From Opitutales bacterium (GTDB lineage Bacteria > Verrucomicrobiota > Verrucomicrobiia > Opitutales > JABSRG01): 64,000 bases of DNA. The translations under genes were made by a program, and so were the position numbers. Position 1 is the stretch's first letter; each line of letters begins with the position of its first letter. A model generated the notes under the pieces. The model did no database searches. It was not told where the DNA came from and saw only the letters and a list, made by a program, of their open reading frames with translations. Below are positions 18,570 to 28,079 of the stretch, in pieces. The DNA is taken from positions 1 through 64,000 of the forward strand of contig JBMYOQ010000002.1 of assembly GCA_049599475.1 (NCBI GenBank), in the 5' to 3' direction.

Positions 18570-19577
18570 ATGAGCGATCAAGTTGAGATGCCCGATCCCT
18601 TGGGGGAGTCCGATGCCTTTTTAGCATTCCAGGAGGATCTGAGCCGAGTTGCACCTGTTGAGAGGCCTGTTCTTCTGATAGGTGAGCGGGGTACTGGTAA
18701 AGAGCTGGCTGCGCGCCGTATTCACTTTCTTTCGAAGCGGTGGGGGCGTCCCCTGATCACATTGAATTGTGCTGCGCTGTCCCAGTCTATTCTGGAGTCT
18801 GAGCTGTTTGGCCATGAAGTTGGCGCTTTCACGGGGGCCGTAAAGCGGCGTCGTGGTCGCTTTGAAATGGCGGATACCGGCACTCTGTTTTTGGATGAAA
18901 TCGGACAAGTGCCGATGGAGGTCCAAGAAAAGATCCTACGGGTGGTGGAGTATGGCTTCTTTGAGCGAGTCGGTGGGAGCGAGCCAATCGCAGTCGATGT
19001 ACGCATTGTGGGGGCGACGAATGCGGATTTACCGGGACTCGTAAAACAGGGAAAGTTTAAGGCAGACCTTCTGGATCGTCTTTCTTTTGAAGTGTTGCAC
19101 CTGCCTCCTCTCAGGGTGCGTGAGGGAGATATTGAACTTTTGGCGATGCATTTTGGTCAGCGGATGATCCAGGAGTTGGGAGGTTTTGGGATTCCCGAAT
19201 TTTCGCCATCGGTGCTCAAAAGGCTTTCGGAGTATGAGTGGCCTGGGAATATTCGCGAACTTAAGAATGTGGTGGAGCGCGCGGTTGTCTTGAGTGGTGG
19301 TGATGTCGTTGAGCAGATTCGCTTGGACGCTTTTGAAAGCCCATGGGAGCAGCCGAGAGTCGATAAGGCGAAGCCGACTTCTCTGGAGCCGCATCTATTC
19401 GATTGGGACCTGGGGGAAGGGAGCTTAAAAGATGCAGTCGAGCAGCTTGAAAAACGAGCGATCGAAGCGGCCTTGATCGATGCCAAAAACCGACAACCCG
19501 AAGCAGCCGAGCTACTCGGGATTAGTTACAATCAGTTTCGAAATCTTTACCGCAAGTATGGATTCGGGAAGGCTTGA
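18570..19577 (+). CDS. pspF: Psp operon sigma-54 activator
   Basis: GERGTGKE, GAFTGA, LFLDEI, DLLDRL, C-terminal HTH, no receiver domain, divergent from pspA. Confidence 0.96.
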   Translation: MSDQVEMPDPLGESDAFLAFQEDLSRVAPVERPVLLIGERGTGKELAARRIHFLSKRWGRPLITLNCAALSQSILESELFGHEVGAFTGAVKRRRGRFEMADTGTLFLDEIGQVPMEVQEKILRVVEYGFFERVGGSEPIAVDVRIVGATNADLPGLVKQGKFKADLLDRLSFEVLHLPPLRVREGDIELLAMHFGQRMIQELGGFGIPEFSPSVLKRLSEYEWPGNIRELKNVVERAVVLSGGDVVEQIRLDAFESPWEQPRVDKAKPTSLEPHLFDWDLGEGSLKDAVEQLEKRAIEAALIDAKNRQPEAAELLGISYNQFRNLYRKYGFGKA

Positions 19578-19585
19578 TCAAGCGA

Positions 19586-20653
19586 TCACCATACCCCGTG
19601 CTCGCCTTTTTTGAGCGATTGGGTGAAGGCCACGAGAAGTTTTATGGTGTTTTCGAGGTCTTCCAAATCAATCACTTCGCTGGGCGTGTGCATGTATCTC
19701 AAGGGAATTGAGATTACTGATGCGGCAACACCTGGGCCTGCCATCTGAATGGCTCTAGCGTCGGTTCCGGTGGGGCGAGGCTCAGCCTCTATCTGGTGAG
19801 GAATGTCGTTTGCCTTCGCCACCTCGACCAGGCGCTTAAATACGAATGGATTGATGTTGGGACCTCGACCGATGATTGGGCCGCTACCCATTTTGAATTC
19901 GCCATGTTTGCGAGGGTCGGTATCTGGGTGATCGGTGGCGTGGCCCACGTCAATGGCGATGCCGATGTGGGGAGCTACGGAAAATGCAGATGTTGTGGCT
20001 CCGCGCGTTCCAATTTCTTCTTGTGTGGTGCCGACGGCAACGAGCTGCGCGTCCAGGGGTTCGCTGGAGTCTTTGAGACGTCTCAGTGTTTCAAAGGCTG
20101 CGTAGGCGCCTACTTTGTCGTCGAAAGCGCGCGCCGTCGCAATGCTTCCGTGGACCGTTTCGAATCCCATGTCGTACACGACGGGGTCGCCGATCGAAAT
20201 GCGTTCTTTGGCTTCGGTGTCGGATTTCGCGCCGATATCGATCCACATTTCATGTTTCTTTGGTACTTTCTTTCGATCCTCGGGCTCCATGAGGTGAATG
20301 GCGCGTTTGCCGGTAACACCTTTCACGATGCCGCTCTCTGTCATGACCGAGACGCGGCGTCCGGAAATGAGAGAGAGATCGTGCCCTCCAAGAACGTCGA
20401 AATAAACGAACCCACGCTTGTCGATGTGTTTTACGATGAGTCCGAGTTCATCGATGTGACCAGCGAGCATGACTATGGGGTCGCCGCTCAGGTTGATGCG
20501 GGCGATGCGGTTGCCCATCACATCGCGCTCGTAGGCTTCAGCGATGGGTTCGATGCTGGAGTCGAGGACCGCTTGAGCTTCGAACTCGTGGCCCGTAGGA
20601 GAGCGCGCTTCGAGGAGATCGGTCAGGAATTTGGGTGCTTCGTAGCTGGACAT
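19586..20653 (-). CDS. M42-family metallopeptidase
   Basis: AGHIDE, AFDDK, QEEIG, GTDA, RYMHTPSE. Confidence 0.93.
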   Translation of the reverse strand: MSSYEAPKFLTDLLEARSPTGHEFEAQAVLDSSIEPIAEAYERDVMGNRIARINLSGDPIVMLAGHIDELGLIVKHIDKRGFVYFDVLGGHDLSLISGRRVSVMTESGIVKGVTGKRAIHLMEPEDRKKVPKKHEMWIDIGAKSDTEAKERISIGDPVVYDMGFETVHGSIATARAFDDKVGAYAAFETLRRLKDSSEPLDAQLVAVGTTQEEIGTRGATTSAFSVAPHIGIAIDVGHATDHPDTDPRKHGEFKMGSGPIIGRGPNINPFVFKRLVEVAKANDIPHQIEAEPRPTGTDARAIQMAGPGVAASVISIPLRYMHTPSEVIDLEDLENTIKLLVAFTQSLKKGEHGVW

Positions 20654-20673
20654 GGTTCAATCGGTTTTTCGGA

Positions 20674-22056
20674 TTATTCGTTAATTTCTTCAAGTATATC
20701 CTCGAGCGGGTATTCCCATATTTCAGCGAGGGTAGGGTGGTACCAGTCGAGGCCTTTTAGATCGAAAACGGTGAGGCCGAGTTGAACGGGCACCGTCATC
20801 ATGTGAAGGAGTTCTCCTCCGTCTTTGCCCACGCACTCTGCGGCCAAGAGTTTACCCGTCTTGCGGTCGGCGACGAGTTTTACGTATCCGTAGAGGGCCT
20901 CCATAAGCATGGACTTACCGTGATCGTCGAACGGAAAATCTGCGGTTACGATATCATACCCTCTCTCGGTGAGCTCCTTATCTGAGAGTCCAACGCGTGC
21001 GAGCTGTGGGTCTGTGAAGATTACCCCGAGCGGCATGTCGTAGTTCATCGGTTTAGTCTCAAGCTCCAGGGCATGTTTCGCCGCGGTTTCCCCTTGCTTG
21101 AGGGCTACGTGAACGACCTCGTCGGGGCCGGAGACGTCGCCGGCTGCGTAGATTATAGGGTTGCTCGTCTGTTGGAAGGAATTGGTCTCTATTTGGCCAC
21201 CAGGCGTGAGATTGACGCCTGCATTCTCTAGGCGAAGGCCGGTGGTATTTGGGACGCGTCCGAGTGCATTAAAGAGAAATTTTGAGGTGGCCGAAACGGA
21301 CTGTCCGTCATGCTCAAAGCTCACCTGGATGCCGTCTGGTTCTTTTGAAATAGCTGTGATCTTGGTGCCGGTATAGAGATTTATCCCCTCATCTCTCATC
21401 GCGGTCTGGACGATTCCAACTGCAGCTGGGTCCATATCGGTGAGCACTTGGCTGCTTCGTTGAATCAATGTGATCTTTGACCCCATGCGGGAGAGGAACT
21501 GGGCAAGCTCGCAAGCAACGATACCTCCGCCCAATACTGTGACCGACTCTGGCAGAAAATCCAGATCTAGTACGTCGTCGCTGGTCCAATGGGGCGTTTT
21601 CTGGAGGCCAGGGATGGGGGGAGTCGAGATTCTGGACCCTGTTGATATAATGAATTTGTCTGCTTGGAGCTGGGTTCCGTCTTCGAGCTCCAGGGTGTTG
21701 CTGTTGATGAAGTGTCCGCGTTGGCGGTAGAGAGTGAATTTATCTGATTGGAGGTTCTCTTTTCGGTAGCTCGAGAAATCGTCGATAAGCCGCACTTTTC
21801 GCTCGTGGACGCTTTTCATGTCTGCCGCCACCTTTGGGATGTTTAAACCAAAGGTTTTACCATGTTTAGCGTGGTGCATCACCTCCGCCATATAGATGAG
21901 TGTCTTCGAAGGCATGCAGCCTTTGAGGATGCAGAGTCCGCCTAGCTCTTCGCTAGAATCGACGACGGCTACATCCTCAATGTGTTCTTTCGCGGTCCGT
22001 GCGGCGGCGTATCCAGCGCTTCCGGCGCCGATGACAATCAATGAGTGTTTTTTCAC
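20674..22056 (-). CDS. Pyridine nucleotide-disulfide oxidoreductase (dihydrolipoamide dehydrogenase-like)
   Basis: GAGSAG, GGLCILKGCMPSK, YAAGD, HPTLAE. Confidence 0.9.
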   Translation of the reverse strand: MKKHSLIVIGAGSAGYAAARTAKEHIEDVAVVDSSEELGGLCILKGCMPSKTLIYMAEVMHHAKHGKTFGLNIPKVAADMKSVHERKVRLIDDFSSYRKENLQSDKFTLYRQRGHFINSNTLELEDGTQLQADKFIISTGSRISTPPIPGLQKTPHWTSDDVLDLDFLPESVTVLGGGIVACELAQFLSRMGSKITLIQRSSQVLTDMDPAAVGIVQTAMRDEGINLYTGTKITAISKEPDGIQVSFEHDGQSVSATSKFLFNALGRVPNTTGLRLENAGVNLTPGGQIETNSFQQTSNPIIYAAGDVSGPDEVVHVALKQGETAAKHALELETKPMNYDMPLGVIFTDPQLARVGLSDKELTERGYDIVTADFPFDDHGKSMLMEALYGYVKLVADRKTGKLLAAECVGKDGGELLHMMTVPVQLGLTVFDLKGLDWYHPTLAEIWEYPLEDILEEINE

Positions 22057-22079
22057 GTGGCTGGGATTAGCTTGGTGTT

Positions 22080-23516
22080 TCAGGTGCGTTTTTGAGAGAA
22101 AACGCGGACGTTCTGTTGGTAGCGCACTTCACGCAGATCTTCCTCGTGGTTGATGTCGGCCCAGCGAATTCCGGTAAACAGGATGATTAGCCAAAGGTAT
22201 ACATAAGAACCCTGGAGGGTTGGAATCGCTGCGATGCCAAAGCCTAAGCCCATTCCGATGGCGAGGAGCGCGTAATCGGAAACGCTGTTTCTTTTTCTTT
22301 GCGTGAAATACTTCGTAATTTGGGCAATGGGTACCCATGCGAGAATAAGACAACCGAGTATTCCAAATTGTAAGACATTTAGTAGTAGATCTGAGCTGGG
22401 AACTGCTAGTTTGGACTCTATCGGTTCTGTGAAAAAATGTCCGATTTGCTGGAAGCTCTCCATTCCCCAGCCAGTGACTGGGCGTTCGGAGATCATTCTG
22501 AAAGCCGCTTCGAGACTCGCGGACTGCGGTGTCGTTTCCTCCTGAGATTCGTCGACGAGGCTGATGTTCTCTGCGAGTGTCAGTGATACTTCACTCGCGG
22601 CCCATAGGGATGCAATGACGGATATAAGCGACAGGGCATATGTCCCCACCCAGATGTATTTCTTACGTCTGCCGCGCCGACGAGATGATCTTTGGATGAG
22701 GCGTGCGTAGTGGCTCAGAGTAAGCGCTATTGCAGAGAAGACCCACATCGCCAGCCATTTATCAAGCTCAATGAGGAGCGCTATGATTGCTAGGATTGAA
22801 GCAGGCAGAACCCATCGAGGATCGTTTATAAAGCTTCGTTCAGCACGTCTAACCCGGAAGTGTGACAAGAAATGTCCCCAGAGCGAAAGGATCCAAATCA
22901 GGGTGAATGCTGCCCATGAGTCGGACCCGGAAAGGTTGGAGGCTAGGCCGGTGGGCAAGCTCGAGAGCGGTTCGATATTTTCAATAATCTTGCCGAGAAT
23001 ATAAATGATACACATCAACAGGTTGTTGATGAAAAGTACCTGCATGAGGCGCTCGAAGAAAAGTTTGGTCCGGGGGATAAAGAGGAGCAGACTGGCTATG
23101 AGATACATGCCTACGTACCCGGTTTGGCTATTGAGGGAACCATCCAGAGAAACTTGAGACGGGAGCCACCAGGCTTTCGGGGATGAAAAGGCATCGAAAG
23201 TCTCGCCTCCGATCACAACTATTTGTGTGGACGGAAAAAATAATCCGACTGCGTAAATGATACTGATAATTATCGCGGGACTGATCACCTTAAGCCATTT
23301 TGCCCACGGTTTTTGGTGAATGAACTCGCTCGCCTCGAGGTGGCTTTTGAATAGGATCGGAGTCAGAATCCCTAAAACTGCGATGTAGCCGACCATCCAA
23401 CTGTTGTTTTCGAATCCGAGCCAGCTGAGGACAACGAGAGCGAAACTGATCAGTATAAGAAACAGTATCTCAACGCGGTTGAGGTGGGTGATTAGGTGTT
23501 GGTTCGGGGCTGGCAC
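22080..23516 (-). CDS. Multi-pass membrane protein, O-antigen ligase-like
   Basis: About 12 TM segments; RMISERPVTGWG...SDLLLNVLQFGILG resembles the Wzy_C/WaaL loop. Confidence 0.6.
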   Translation of the reverse strand: MPAPNQHLITHLNRVEILFLILISFALVVLSWLGFENNSWMVGYIAVLGILTPILFKSHLEASEFIHQKPWAKWLKVISPAIIISIIYAVGLFFPSTQIVVIGGETFDAFSSPKAWWLPSQVSLDGSLNSQTGYVGMYLIASLLLFIPRTKLFFERLMQVLFINNLLMCIIYILGKIIENIEPLSSLPTGLASNLSGSDSWAAFTLIWILSLWGHFLSHFRVRRAERSFINDPRWVLPASILAIIALLIELDKWLAMWVFSAIALTLSHYARLIQRSSRRRGRRKKYIWVGTYALSLISVIASLWAASEVSLTLAENISLVDESQEETTPQSASLEAAFRMISERPVTGWGMESFQQIGHFFTEPIESKLAVPSSDLLLNVLQFGILGCLILAWVPIAQITKYFTQRKRNSVSDYALLAIGMGLGFGIAAIPTLQGSYVYLWLIILFTGIRWADINHEEDLREVRYQQNVRVFSQKRT

Positions 23517-23606
23517 TCGTCTTCAAAAAATACTTAAATTCTGCACTCATGACGGTTATGAGCATCTCTGGCAATTTGTTTCCTTGCTTATAATCAATTC
23601 AGGTAA

Positions 23607-24896
23607 ATGGATACCGGGGTGAAGGAATTGACTAGCCCAACACCGCGATATGCCACCCTGAGCGCGGATCCAGAGACATCGATCGTGGATGATCTGATGG
23701 CCCGCGCGCTCGTTCAAAAGGATCTTTTGTCGATTGCTGCGGGATTTACTGACAATGCTTGCCTGCCTCTAGACATCGTTGGCGACGCTGTTAGTGAGTT
23801 GGTTCGAGAAGGGAGGTATGATATACTCCAGTATGGCACGAATCAGGGGCGGCACGGTTTGCGAGAGAAGGCAATCGCTTGTTTGGCTGAGAACCCGCAT
23901 GAGAAGGCGTTGGACGCTTTGCCAAGTCCAGACTCGGTGCTGATCAGTAATGGATCGCAGCAAACGCTCTACCTGGCAATGCAGACGCTGTGCGAGCCAG
24001 GGGATATAGTATTGGTGCAGGCTCCGACTTATTTTGTCTTCGTTGAACTGGCTCGCGGTCTAGGGATTGAGCTACGGGTTTTGCCGACTCATGAGGATGG
24101 GAGTTTGGATCTGGATGCGTTACCTGCGGCCTTGGATTCCATTGAGGAGTCGGGTGAAAGTAGCCGTCTTCGAGCAGTCTATTTGGTGAGCTATTTTGCA
24201 AACCCGACGGGATACTCCCTGTCGCTTGAGGAGAAGGTTGGTGTGGCTAATGCATTGGCTGCGAAACAGTGGTATTTGCCGATCATCGAAGACGCTGCCT
24301 ATCGAGATGTATGGTTTGAAAGTCCGCATGACGCGCCTTCGATTCTATCGATAGAGTCTCTAGCTAAATTCCCATGTCTGTATTTAGGGACATTCACGAA
24401 GCCGTTCGCGACGGGAATGAAGGTGGGCTATGGTGTCTTTTCGGACTCGGAGTGGTGCCAAAGGTGCGCGCGATTGAAGAGTCACCAAGACTTTGGAACT
24501 GCGAATTTCAACCAATCGGTCATAGAGTATATCTTGGAAAAAGAGGATTGGGCGCGGTTTCAGGGAGAAATGCGTGCACATTACCTGGCGAAAAAAGAAG
24601 CCTTTATTCAGGCGATGAAGGCGACGCAGCTTGAGGAAATGGGATTTCGCTGGATGGAGCCAAGGGGCGGGCTGTTGCTGTGGTTACGTGGGCCCGACGG
24701 TTTGGATACTGGAATGGATAGTCCCTTGTTCGAGGCGGCGATTGCAAATAAAGTCCTCTATGTCCCCGGGGCGGTTTGTATGCCTGAAGCAGGGGGTACT
24801 GTTTCAACTATTCGCCTGAGTTTCGGTGCCCTAGACCCCGAGTTATTCCCCGAAGCGCTCGCCCGTTTCGAACGAGCGGTTATCGCCTGTTCCTAG
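23607..24896 (+). CDS. PLP-dependent class I/II aminotransferase (start uncertain)
   Basis: LQYG, NGSQQ, FANPTG, IEDAAY, GTFTK, IRLSF. Confidence 0.92.
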   Translation: MDTGVKELTSPTPRYATLSADPETSIVDDLMARALVQKDLLSIAAGFTDNACLPLDIVGDAVSELVREGRYDILQYGTNQGRHGLREKAIACLAENPHEKALDALPSPDSVLISNGSQQTLYLAMQTLCEPGDIVLVQAPTYFVFVELARGLGIELRVLPTHEDGSLDLDALPAALDSIEESGESSRLRAVYLVSYFANPTGYSLSLEEKVGVANALAAKQWYLPIIEDAAYRDVWFESPHDAPSILSIESLAKFPCLYLGTFTKPFATGMKVGYGVFSDSEWCQRCARLKSHQDFGTANFNQSVIEYILEKEDWARFQGEMRAHYLAKKEAFIQAMKATQLEEMGFRWMEPRGGLLLWLRGPDGLDTGMDSPLFEAAIANKVLYVPGAVCMPEAGGTVSTIRLSFGALDPELFPEALARFERAVIACS

Positions 24897-24979
24897 GATT
24901 GAAACCGCTATTGGTTCCTGCCGAGACTTTTGCTTTTGATATAAAATTACTAAAAAACCTCGGACGGTTAAATTTCCTG

Positions 24980-25393
24980 ATGCGTGCGGTCGACGTAGTA
25001 GGAGCTATGATTTCTGTTCATTCGAGGAAAGCGGTTTCTGAATTTCTGGATGCATCTGATGCGGCGGAGGAAACCCAAGGCAGAGGTGTATCTTCTGCAG
25101 GAGCCAGCCAGTCGGTGGCATTGAGCGATGTGAAACATATCGCTGAGAGAGTAGGCGGGCTTTCTAAAGCCATGCGAATTGTTGCCTTTAACGCGTATTA
25201 CGATGCGTCGACGCCCGCAGAGCGCTGTGAATCGTTCCAAACATTCTCAAGTGAGTTCTATCGCTTGGCCCAAGAATGTGACAGAGCGGTCAGAGAATTC
25301 GATTCTGTTGTCAAAAAGGCCGTAGAAGCGACGAATGAAGACCCGATCAAGATGGTCCCGAATATCGAGCGGGAAGAAGAGGGTGTTGCTTAG
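24980..25393 (+). CDS. Small soluble protein resembling a degenerate MCP signalling hairpin (start uncertain)
   Basis: MRIVAFNAYYDAS...ESFQTFSSEFYRLAQE aligns without gaps to [13 protein letters not shown]...[16 protein letters not shown]. Confidence 0.6.
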   Translation: MRAVDVVGAMISVHSRKAVSEFLDASDAAEETQGRGVSSAGASQSVALSDVKHIAERVGGLSKAMRIVAFNAYYDASTPAERCESFQTFSSEFYRLAQECDRAVREFDSVVKKAVEATNEDPIKMVPNIEREEEGVA

Positions 25394-25629
25394 CTCTCTT
25401 GAGCGCGAATAAGCAATGTCTTATCGAAGACTTTCACGATATCCCCAGCTATGATTTTCTTCCCTTTTTGGGTCGTGAGTGAATTATTCACCGAAACTCG
25501 GGCTTGGGCGATCACTTGCTTAGCCTCACCTCCGCTTTGAACGACGTTCGTAAACTTGAGCAGCGCATGGAGTTCAATGGGGAGTTTTTTGAGGAAAATT
25601 TCCTCTGAGTTCTGGTTGCCGAAGGTCAT
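25390..25629 (-). CDS. S4-domain RNA-binding protein (YaaA/YbcJ-like)
   Basis: IELHALLK...SGGEAK...KGKKIIAGDIV. Confidence 0.9.
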   Translation of the reverse strand: MTFGNQNSEEIFLKKLPIELHALLKFTNVVQSGGEAKQVIAQARVSVNNSLTTQKGKKIIAGDIVKVFDKTLLIRAQES

Positions 25630-25783
25630 GATAAATCGAGAAATATAGGGTGTTTTTCCTTATATTGAAGACCTAATGTGCTATTTAAGGACTCCTTATT
25701 TGAAGAGCCTATTCTCCTACTGATACATAGATAAAGAATTCATAATGTTTGACCGGTGCCGTTGCATGTGGTCTTGGTGATAG

Positions 25784-26194
25784 ATGGGAACCTGCCTCCT
25801 AGAAGAAGGAAAAGAGCTGCAGCTAGATTTTGGTAAACTAGCTAAGGCGGCCGCGTGTGGCCAAAATTTGGTTCCTGCTGTAGTTCAGAATGCCGAGAAT
25901 GAGGAGGTCCTCATTGTGGGCTATGTGAATGAAAAAGCTTTCGAATCTGCCCGCGAAAGTGGACTTGTTACGTTCTGGAGTACATCGCGTAACGAACTCT
26001 GGGTGAAGGGGATGACCTCTGGAGATACGCTGAAAATTGTTGAAATTCGCGTCAATTGTGAACAGAACAGCTTGCTTTATCGGGCGGTTCCGGAAGGGGC
26101 TGGCTCATGTCATACGAAAGATGCTGAAGGAAAATCACGCTCTGGCTGTTACTACAGAAGGATCGAACGCGATGGCACGCTATCGTTTGTTTGA
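25784..26194 (+). CDS. hisI: Phosphoribosyl-AMP cyclohydrolase
   Basis: FWSTSRNELWVKGMTSG, NCEQN, SCHT, GCYYR. Confidence 0.92.
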   Translation: MGTCLLEEGKELQLDFGKLAKAAACGQNLVPAVVQNAENEEVLIVGYVNEKAFESARESGLVTFWSTSRNELWVKGMTSGDTLKIVEIRVNCEQNSLLYRAVPEGAGSCHTKDAEGKSRSGCYYRRIERDGTLSFV

Positions 26195-26279
26195 GGTCTC
26201 ATCGTCCTCTGCGGCCAAAGAACGATTATAAAAGATACCGTACAAGAAACCTTTAGGAACACACTACCACTTTTAAAAT

Positions 26280-27305
26280 ATGTCTAAGGAAACTTCACTT
26301 CCAGCGCGTAACGAATGGCGGCGTATTGTAGCGCCCTTCCAAAAGCCTTCAATATCTCGAAGCGCTCAGCAGATCATGACCTCCATGGTCCCGTTTTTTG
26401 TGCTGACGATCGTGAATTTTTGGGTGGCTACCGTTAATATCTGGCTGGCCATTCCGGTCGCATTTGTAATTGCCGGATTTATCGTGCGCTCATTCATCAT
26501 CCAGCACGACTGCGGCCACGGCTCATTCTTTAAATCAAAGAAAGCTGCTGACATCGTGGGCTTCATTTGTGGCATCATTACGCTGACACCCTACAAATAC
26601 TGGCGCCGGTCGCACAACGCGCACCACGCGAGCTCTGGAAACCTCTCGAGCCGAGGAATTGGGGATATTAAGACAGCGACAGTGCGGGAGTTTAACAGCT
26701 GGAGTCCGCTTCAGCAGGCTTGGTATCGCGTATATCGCAATCCCTTCATCCTTTTCTCTTTTGGAGCTCTTATCCAATTCGCATTCCTGCACAGATTCCC
26801 AGACTCTTATTCTAAGTCCTGGGTAGCAGAACGTCGCGAAATGCTGCTAGGGAACATCGTGATCCTTGCAATCTGGATCACTGTTTTTGCAATTTTCCCC
26901 TTGGAGGTAGCTTTTGTCGGATACGTGATGCCGATTTGGATCGCCGCAAGTGTGGGGGCTTGGCTCTTCTACGTGCAACACCAGTATGAAGACGCATATT
27001 GGGAGCATGAAGATTCATGGAATTACACCGAGGCTGCGATCAAGGGATCTTCTTTCTACAAGCTCCCGAAGATCCTTCAGTGGTTCTCTGGTAATATCGG
27101 ATTCCACCACGTGCATCACCTGACTCCTAAAATTCCGAACTACTATCTGGAAGAGTGCCACTCATCGGATGGGATGTTTCAACAGGCCAAAACGCTCACG
27201 ATCAAAGGCAGCTTCAGTGCAGCTTTCCTTTCACTCTGGGATGAAGATTCGAAACGTCTGATCAGCTTCTCAGAATACAAAAAGATGCAGCGCAGCGCTG
27301 CGTAG
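26280..27305 (+). CDS. Membrane fatty acid desaturase
   Basis: His boxes HDCGH, HNAHH, HHVHH. Confidence 0.95.
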   Translation: MSKETSLPARNEWRRIVAPFQKPSISRSAQQIMTSMVPFFVLTIVNFWVATVNIWLAIPVAFVIAGFIVRSFIIQHDCGHGSFFKSKKAADIVGFICGIITLTPYKYWRRSHNAHHASSGNLSSRGIGDIKTATVREFNSWSPLQQAWYRVYRNPFILFSFGALIQFAFLHRFPDSYSKSWVAERREMLLGNIVILAIWITVFAIFPLEVAFVGYVMPIWIAASVGAWLFYVQHQYEDAYWEHEDSWNYTEAAIKGSSFYKLPKILQWFSGNIGFHHVHHLTPKIPNYYLEECHSSDGMFQQAKTLTIKGSFSAAFLSLWDEDSKRLISFSEYKKMQRSAA

Positions 27306-27329
27306 AGTCTGCTGAAAACTGTTTTTTCT

Positions 27330-27361
27330 AAGACCGCCTATTGTCAGGCGGTCTTTTTTTT
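27330..27361 (+). terminator. Intrinsic terminator after the desaturase
   Basis: aagaccgcct-attgtc-aggcggtc followed by T8. Confidence 0.85.
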
Positions 27362-27377
27362 GCCCAGGCAGTAAGCT

Positions 27378-28079
27378 CTATCGAGATTTTACGGCATGAT
27401 GCATCGCGACGATGCCGCCTGTCATGCGCTTGACGCTGGTTTTCTCAAACCCCGCCGCTTCGATTTCATTGCTGAGAGAGCTATGATCTGGAAAATCTTC
27501 GATGGAGCATGCCAAATAGTTGTATGCCCCGCGATCTCGAGTAAGCGCGGACGCTAGATGTGGCAGTATATACTTTAGATATAGATAATAGAAGGGGCGT
27601 AACACGCGGTATGGCTGCGAAAACTCGAGAATAAGAAGGGATCCGCCAGGGCTAAGCACCCGCAAGAACTCCTTTAGGCCAATATCGCGGTTTTCCAAAT
27701 TGCGGTATCCGAAGCTTATCGTGATCGCGTCAACGCTGGCATCGGGCAAATCGAGATTGAGGCAGTCCCCAAAGGAGAAATCGATTGACGGTTGCACGCC
27801 GCGTTCGGCTTGTTTCTTGCGAGCTTCAACTAGCATCGGTTCGCAGAAATCCAGGCCGCGCACTGAGATGTCATCGGATAATCCTCTGCGTAAGGCGAAG
27901 GCGACATCGCCGGAGCCCGTTGCTAAATCCACTACCGTTTTGGGGGATTCGGCTGCGACTGTGCGAACGAGCGCTCGCCTCCAGCCGATATCGAATCCAC
28001 CCGATAAGACGCGGTTTGCCAGATCATACCGGTGGGCAATACCGGCAAACATTGTTTGGACAGACTGGGCCTCAGGCAT
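27378..28079 (-). CDS. ubiE: Ubiquinone/menaquinone C-methyltransferase
   Basis: MFAGIAHRYDLANRVLS, DLATGSGD, ISFGYRN, AYNYL. Confidence 0.93.
   Translation of the reverse strand: MPEAQSVQTMFAGIAHRYDLANRVLSGGFDIGWRRALVRTVAAESPKTVVDLATGSGDVAFALRRGLSDDISVRGLDFCEPMLVEARKKQAERGVQPSIDFSFGDCLNLDLPDASVDAITISFGYRNLENRDIGLKEFLRVLSPGGSLLILEFSQPYRVLRPFYYLYLKYILPHLASALTRDRGAYNYLACSIEDFPDHSSLSNEIEAAGFEKTSVKRMTGGIVAMHHAVKSR

Noticed and set aside
19796..20785. 329-aa plus-strand ORF
   Set aside because: Antisense shadow of the M42 peptidase with no recognisable motifs
20674..22056. Mercuric reductase MerA
   Set aside because: Lacks the C-terminal Cys-Cys pair, the N-terminal metal domain and mer context
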